DNA of 64,000 bases from Flavobacteriales bacterium (lineage in GTDB: Bacteria > Bacteroidota > Bacteroidia > NS11-12g > UBA955). Within the stretch, counting starts at the first letter, position 1; each line of letters opens with the position of its first letter. The DNA lies in NCBI GenBank assembly GCA_947447955.1, contig CANFLS010000003.1, positions 21,048 through 85,047 on the forward strand. Reading direction: 5' to 3'. This document shows, one piece after another, positions 59,643 through 64,000 of the stretch. A model generated the notes under the pieces. The model saw only the letters and a program-made list of their open reading frames with translations, ran no database searches and had not been told where the DNA came from. Both the position numbers and the translations under genes were made by a program.

Positions 59643-62471
59643 ATGTTTAGACATAAGAATGCCGTGTTTGCAATTGTATTCATTCTGTTTGGGATGAATC
59701 AATTAAATGCTCAAAATGGATTTGGTTATTTGATCGGAAAAGTCACAAATGAAAATGCGTTGCCAGTAGTGGACGCAAAGATTTCGTTTTCAAATATTTC
59801 AGAGTCAGTTCAATCTGATGTTGAAGGGAAATTTGACAAAAAATTGGCAATTGGTAAAATTGTAGTTACTGTTGATTATACGGGTTTCGATTCACAAGTT
59901 GACACTGTTATAATAGAAGAAGGCAAAACTGCTTTTATTTCTTTTGTAATGACAAAAGTGGAAGGAATTGGCCAGGTTGATATTAAATCTAAGAAAAAAC
60001 AAATTGGCGCTACTGTTGGTGATGCAATCAAAACTAAGAAAATATCTATACAAGTTGTAGAATCTATTGGTGCTGAAGAATTTAGTAAAACTACAATCAG
60101 AACGGTTGCTGACGTATTCAAACGTATGACAGGTTTGACTATTTCTGAAGGTAAGTTTGCCAACGTTCGTGGTATGTTTGATCGTTATAACGCGGGTTAT
60201 TTAAACGGCGCACCGTTGCCAAGTACAGAGAGTGATAGAAAAGCATTTTCATTTGACATTATCCCAGCGGGATTATTAGATAACGTTACCGTTATTAAAA
60301 GTGGATCACCAGATTTGATAGGTGATTTTGGCGGAGGGATAATTAAAATCAATACAAAGAGTATCCCTGAGAAATTGACACAAAACTTTTCAATTGGATT
60401 TCAGTACAATTCTATTACTACGGGTAATCCAGTAAGAACCTTTGCTATTGGTAATGCAGAGTATTTTGGAATGATTTCGGCGGGTAATAAAATCCCAACT
60501 CTTGATGCTAGAATGAAGGTTGATTATGAGAATCCAGTTGTTAACGTGGCTGAAACCAAAAAATTCAATAACAATTGGAAAATGGCTCCGTTGAGTGCAA
60601 TGCCTTCTCCAAGAATAAGCTATACTTTGGGTGTTCCATTTAAAGTTGGTAAAATGAGTGCAGGTATGATGGTAAGTTGGAATTATTCAATGACTCAAAA
60701 ATTCTCTTATGGAATTGTTGATACTAGAGATTTCTCAGACAACAGATTAAGTAGAAGCTATCAGGATAGTACGTTTGCCACAAACGTACAAAATGGTGGA
60801 ATTGCTAATTTTTCCCTCAAAATAAATAACAAGAATAAAATTGATTTCAAAAACTTGATAAGTTTAACGTATGATGTATCAAGTATCATTCGTAGGGGTG
60901 TTGCAAGTTATGACGATCAACTTTCAACGAATGGATATTCTAATTTTGCAAACCTAAATAAATTATATAGTTCACAATTAATAGGTACACATTCACTTGG
61001 TAAAAATCAATCATCAATCAATTGGGTATTGAATTATGGCTTAACCAATAGACAAGTTCCTGATTTTAGAATTGCACAGTATTCTTATACATCTGACGAC
61101 ATTAGCACACGTCAATTGAATGTGAATCCATTTTTCAGAGATGGATCAGGACGTTTCTTTTCGAATTTGAATGAAACATCATATTCTGGATCTGTTGATT
61201 ATAACACAAATTTGAAAACAGGTAAAATTGGAACAATGTTAAAGGTTGGTATTTATAACCAACGCAGAGATAGGGTTTTTGATAGCCGTCAATTTATTTA
61301 TGGTCCATTAACAACTACTGTTTATTCTCAAAACGAACCTGAAATTGATTTGGCTGAAAACAAAATCACTGAAAAGGGATTGTATTTGATTGAAAAGACC
61401 AGAGATAAAGACGATTATACCGCTTATAGCACATTGCAAGCTGCTTATGCAATGTTTGAAAACAATGTGCCAATGTTTAAAAAAGATGGCAAATCATACG
61501 ACATGAAAATTACTTGGGGTGTGAGATATGAGCAATTCAAACAGCAATTAAAAAATAAGGCGCTATCTATTATGGGTCGTCCGTTGGCTGATCCAGCACT
61601 TACAAAAGATTATTTGCCATCGGTAAATATCAATGCACCATTAACACGTAAGAGCAATTTGCGTTTGGCTTATTACAAAACAGTAAATAGACCAGAATTA
61701 CGTGAACTTGCTCCATTTGCATTTTATAATTTCAGTATCAACTCGGAAATTTTGGGTTCGCAATATTTGAACAGAGCTATTCTTGACAACTACGACGTGC
61801 GTTGGGAAGTTTATTCAAATAAAGAAGATATGTTCTCTATGGGTGTTTTTGCTAAAAACATTAAAAATCCAATTGAGTTTTCATTAGATCCTACACAAAC
61901 ACAAATTAGAACTTTTACTTATCAAAACCAAAGTGTTGCAGTTAACCGCGGTATTGAACTTGAAATGCGTAAAAATATGGGTAGCTTCATTAAGTATTTA
62001 GGTTGGAGCTGGTTAAAAAACATTACCTTATATGCGAATTTGGCATTGATTGAAAGTAAAGTAACTTTCGACGGTAACCAATCAAGAACATTGCAAGGTC
62101 AAAGTCCTTATGTAGTGAATACAAGCTTATTCTATGAAAATAAAAAAGGATGGCAGGTAAACGCGAGTTTCAACAAAATTGGACAAAGAATTGCATACAT
62201 TGGTTTGCCAATTTCTGCAGCAAAATTCGGTTTAGATATTTATGAGTACGGTAGAAGTATTTTAGATATCCAGGTAGCTAAGAAAATTGGCAAGAGTGGT
62301 TTGTTAAGAATTACTTTTGGTGATTTATTGGCACAAAAGAGTGTTTTTTACCAAGACATGAATCACAATGGCAAGTATGATGAAACGACTGTTTTAGACG
62401 GCGGCGATAATACTTTAATTAGCTTTACAAACGGTAGAACTATTAACTTTGGGTACTCAATCAATTTTTAA
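59643..62471 (+). CDS. TonB-dependent outer-membrane receptor with an N-terminal CarboxypepD_reg domain
   Basis: Signal peptide MFRHKNAVFAIVFILFGMNQLNAQ, a CarbopepD_reg domain (LIGKVTNENALPVVDAKIS), plug motifs, and a C-terminal ...GYSINF. The track's TTG extension is rejected. Confidence 0.7.
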   Translation: MFRHKNAVFAIVFILFGMNQLNAQNGFGYLIGKVTNENALPVVDAKISFSNISESVQSDVEGKFDKKLAIGKIVVTVDYTGFDSQVDTVIIEEGKTAFISFVMTKVEGIGQVDIKSKKKQIGATVGDAIKTKKISIQVVESIGAEEFSKTTIRTVADVFKRMTGLTISEGKFANVRGMFDRYNAGYLNGAPLPSTESDRKAFSFDIIPAGLLDNVTVIKSGSPDLIGDFGGGIIKINTKSIPEKLTQNFSIGFQYNSITTGNPVRTFAIGNAEYFGMISAGNKIPTLDARMKVDYENPVVNVAETKKFNNNWKMAPLSAMPSPRISYTLGVPFKVGKMSAGMMVSWNYSMTQKFSYGIVDTRDFSDNRLSRSYQDSTFATNVQNGGIANFSLKINNKNKIDFKNLISLTYDVSSIIRRGVASYDDQLSTNGYSNFANLNKLYSSQLIGTHSLGKNQSSINWVLNYGLTNRQVPDFRIAQYSYTSDDISTRQLNVNPFFRDGSGRFFSNLNETSYSGSVDYNTNLKTGKIGTMLKVGIYNQRRDRVFDSRQFIYGPLTTTVYSQNEPEIDLAENKITEKGLYLIEKTRDKDDYTAYSTLQAAYAMFENNVPMFKKDGKSYDMKITWGVRYEQFKQQLKNKALSIMGRPLADPALTKDYLPSVNINAPLTRKSNLRLAYYKTVNRPELRELAPFAFYNFSINSEILGSQYLNRAILDNYDVRWEVYSNKEDMFSMGVFAKNIKNPIEFSLDPTQTQIRTFTYQNQSVAVNRGIELEMRKNMGSFIKYLGWSWLKNITLYANLALIESKVTFDGNQSRTLQGQSPYVVNTSLFYENKKGWQVNASFNKIGQRIAYIGLPISAAKFGLDIYEYGRSILDIQVAKKIGKSGLLRITFGDLLAQKSVFYQDMNHNGKYDETTVLDGGDNTLISFTNGRTINFGYSINF

Positions 62472-62496
62472 ACAGAGACAATATTAACGAATTATT

Positions 62497-62531
62497 AAAA
62501 GCCCAAGAATAAAATTCTTGGGCTTTTTTGT
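62497..62531 (+). terminator. rho-independent terminator
   Basis: AGCCCAAGAA-TAAAA-TTCTTGGGCT followed by T6. Confidence 0.75.
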
Positions 62532-62692
62532 TGTATATTGTTTTCTATAAATGATTTGTGTGTATGCATTGCTTTGGCTGTGTTGAGATTCGTTAATTTA
62601 GTGTTACCTAAATATTGCAAAGGGTAACAAAAAGTTGATTTGAAATTGAAATTGGGATAATTGTGTGGAGTGAATTTTGCATCAAATAAACT

Positions 62693-64000
62693 ATGAAAAA
62701 AATATTATTATCGATCGCAGCAGTTTGTGCATTGTTAAGTGCAAATGCTCAAGTTATTGAGAAGGTAAATTACTTAGGTGCGTTAGACAAAGACGCGAAA
62801 AAAGATTGGACCAAAAACTGGACCAATTGGGATCCTAAAAATGCTTCTTATGGCGCTATCACAGATTCAACAACTTTGAATGATGTATCTGGTGAAAAAT
62901 TAATTACAGGTACTTTATCTTTATCTGCTTCTCAAGTTTACTTATTGAAAACCATTTTGGTAATCAAAAGTGGTGGTAAATTAATTGTTCCTGCTGGAAC
63001 AGTTGTAAGAGGTAGAGCAAATACAGGTGCTACTCCTAAAGAATATGCAACAGTTGTTGTAGAAAGAGGAGGTAAAATTGAACTTCAAGGTACTGAAACT
63101 AACCCAGTAGTATTCACATCTGCAAAAACTACAAGAGATCGTGGTGATTGGGGTGGAATTTTCATTGCTGGTAACGCTCCGAACAACCAAGGTGCTAGCG
63201 TTCAAATGGAAGGTTTTAACAACATTTCTTTTGACAATCAATTGGCTTTTCACGGTGGAACTGTTGAAAATGACAATTCTGGTAGCTTAACTTATGTAAG
63301 AATTGAATTTGGTGGTTTTGCTTTCGAACCAAACAAAGAATTGAACGGTTTAACTTTGGCTTCTGTTGGTAATGGAACTAAAATTGATCGTATACAAGTT
63401 TCTTATTCTGGTGACGACTCTTATGAGTGGTTTGGTGGATCTGTAAACTGTAAACACATTATTGCTTACAAAGGTACTGATGATGATTTTGATACTGACT
63501 TTGGTTACAGAGGTTCTGTACAATTTGGTATTGCTCAAAAAGATACTTCTTATTTCGATTTATCTTGGAACGTAGCAGGTGGTTCTACATCTGAGTGTTT
63601 CGAGTCTGATAACGATGCTGCAGGTTCTGGTAAATTGCCTTTGACCTCTGCTGTTTTCACTAACATGACTTGTGTTGGTCCAGTTTCAATTGGTGGAAAA
63701 TGGTCTGATTTGAGTACTACATTAAAAGGTGCTTACCGTCGTGGTGCACGTATCCGTAGAAATAGCCGTATCTCTATCACTAACTCTATTTTCTTGGGTT
63801 ATAGAAACTTTATCATGTTAGATGGTGATAGCACATTATATGCTGCTGGAGCTCGTCCAACTGTAAAGCCTAATGATAACTACGATTTAGTTCGTAACAA
63901 CTACTTCTGTAATTCTACTGTTGCTTTAACTCCAGCTGCAGCTACTGCAAATGGTTTGTCTGAAACAAGCACTGGTTACTATGCTGACTCAGTTTCTAAA
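62693..64000 (+). CDS. secreted beta-helix-like protein, 3'-partial (the ORF runs off the window). Its codon usage suggests very high expression.
   Basis: ATG at 62693 and a signal peptide MKKILLSIAAVCALLSANAQ. 436 codons are stop-free to the window edge. There is a strong bias to GGT/GCT/TCT/ACT/CGT/GTT codons. It is not in the ORF track because no stop falls in the window. Confidence 0.6.
   Translation, partial: MKKILLSIAAVCALLSANAQVIEKVNYLGALDKDAKKDWTKNWTNWDPKNASYGAITDSTTLNDVSGEKLITGTLSLSASQVYLLKTILVIKSGGKLIVPAGTVVRGRANTGATPKEYATVVVERGGKIELQGTETNPVVFTSAKTTRDRGDWGGIFIAGNAPNNQGASVQMEGFNNISFDNQLAFHGGTVENDNSGSLTYVRIEFGGFAFEPNKELNGLTLASVGNGTKIDRIQVSYSGDDSYEWFGGSVNCKHIIAYKGTDDDFDTDFGYRGSVQFGIAQKDTSYFDLSWNVAGGSTSECFESDNDAAGSGKLPLTSAVFTNMTCVGPVSIGGKWSDLSTTLKGAYRRGARIRRNSRISITNSIFLGYRNFIMLDGDSTLYAAGARPTVKPNDNYDLVRNNYFCNSTVALTPAAATANGLSETSTGYYADSVSK

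Noticed and set aside
1-64000. rRNA, tRNA, tmRNA, riboswitch, transposase or prophage content.
   Set aside because: Intergenic regions are short (mostly under 150 bp) and AT-rich with no tRNA-like GC-rich cloverleaf segments. No protein resembles a transposase, a phage structural protein or a restriction, Cas or abortive-infection component.

Overview
This is a densely coding, AT-rich (about 36% GC) chromosomal stretch that looks like a gliding Bacteroidota genome, probably Flavobacteriia or Cytophagia. The assignment rests on the mutY-ssb-gldE-gldD block, the many 'YPNP...GIYF' type-IX-secretion (T9SS) C-terminal sorting domains, TonB-dependent receptors with N-terminal CarboxypepD_reg domains, and proteins with N-terminal Asp-box/BNR repeats. 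Most genes are housekeeping. I see no rRNA, tRNA, CRISPR array, transposase or prophage genes, and no compact cluster that looks like a known or novel defense system. The accessory-type content worth a second look is: a 7.4-kb operon of five consecutive T9SS cargo proteins (two purple-acid-phosphatase-like metallophosphoesterases, a YHYH protein, an unknown and a DUF1566 protein), convergent with a secreted S1/P1-like nuclease; a same-strand array of M23 peptidase, MerR, beta-barrel, ComEA-HhH::beta-barrel fusion, pdxJ and nuclease; an unannotated 29-aa hyperbasic bS22-like mini-ORF; a GC-rich palindrome family GGCGCC-AWT-GGCGCC used as bidirectional terminators; and a 3'-truncated secreted protein with codon usage typical of very highly expressed genes. 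All calls come from reading the translations and DNA by eye, with no database search.
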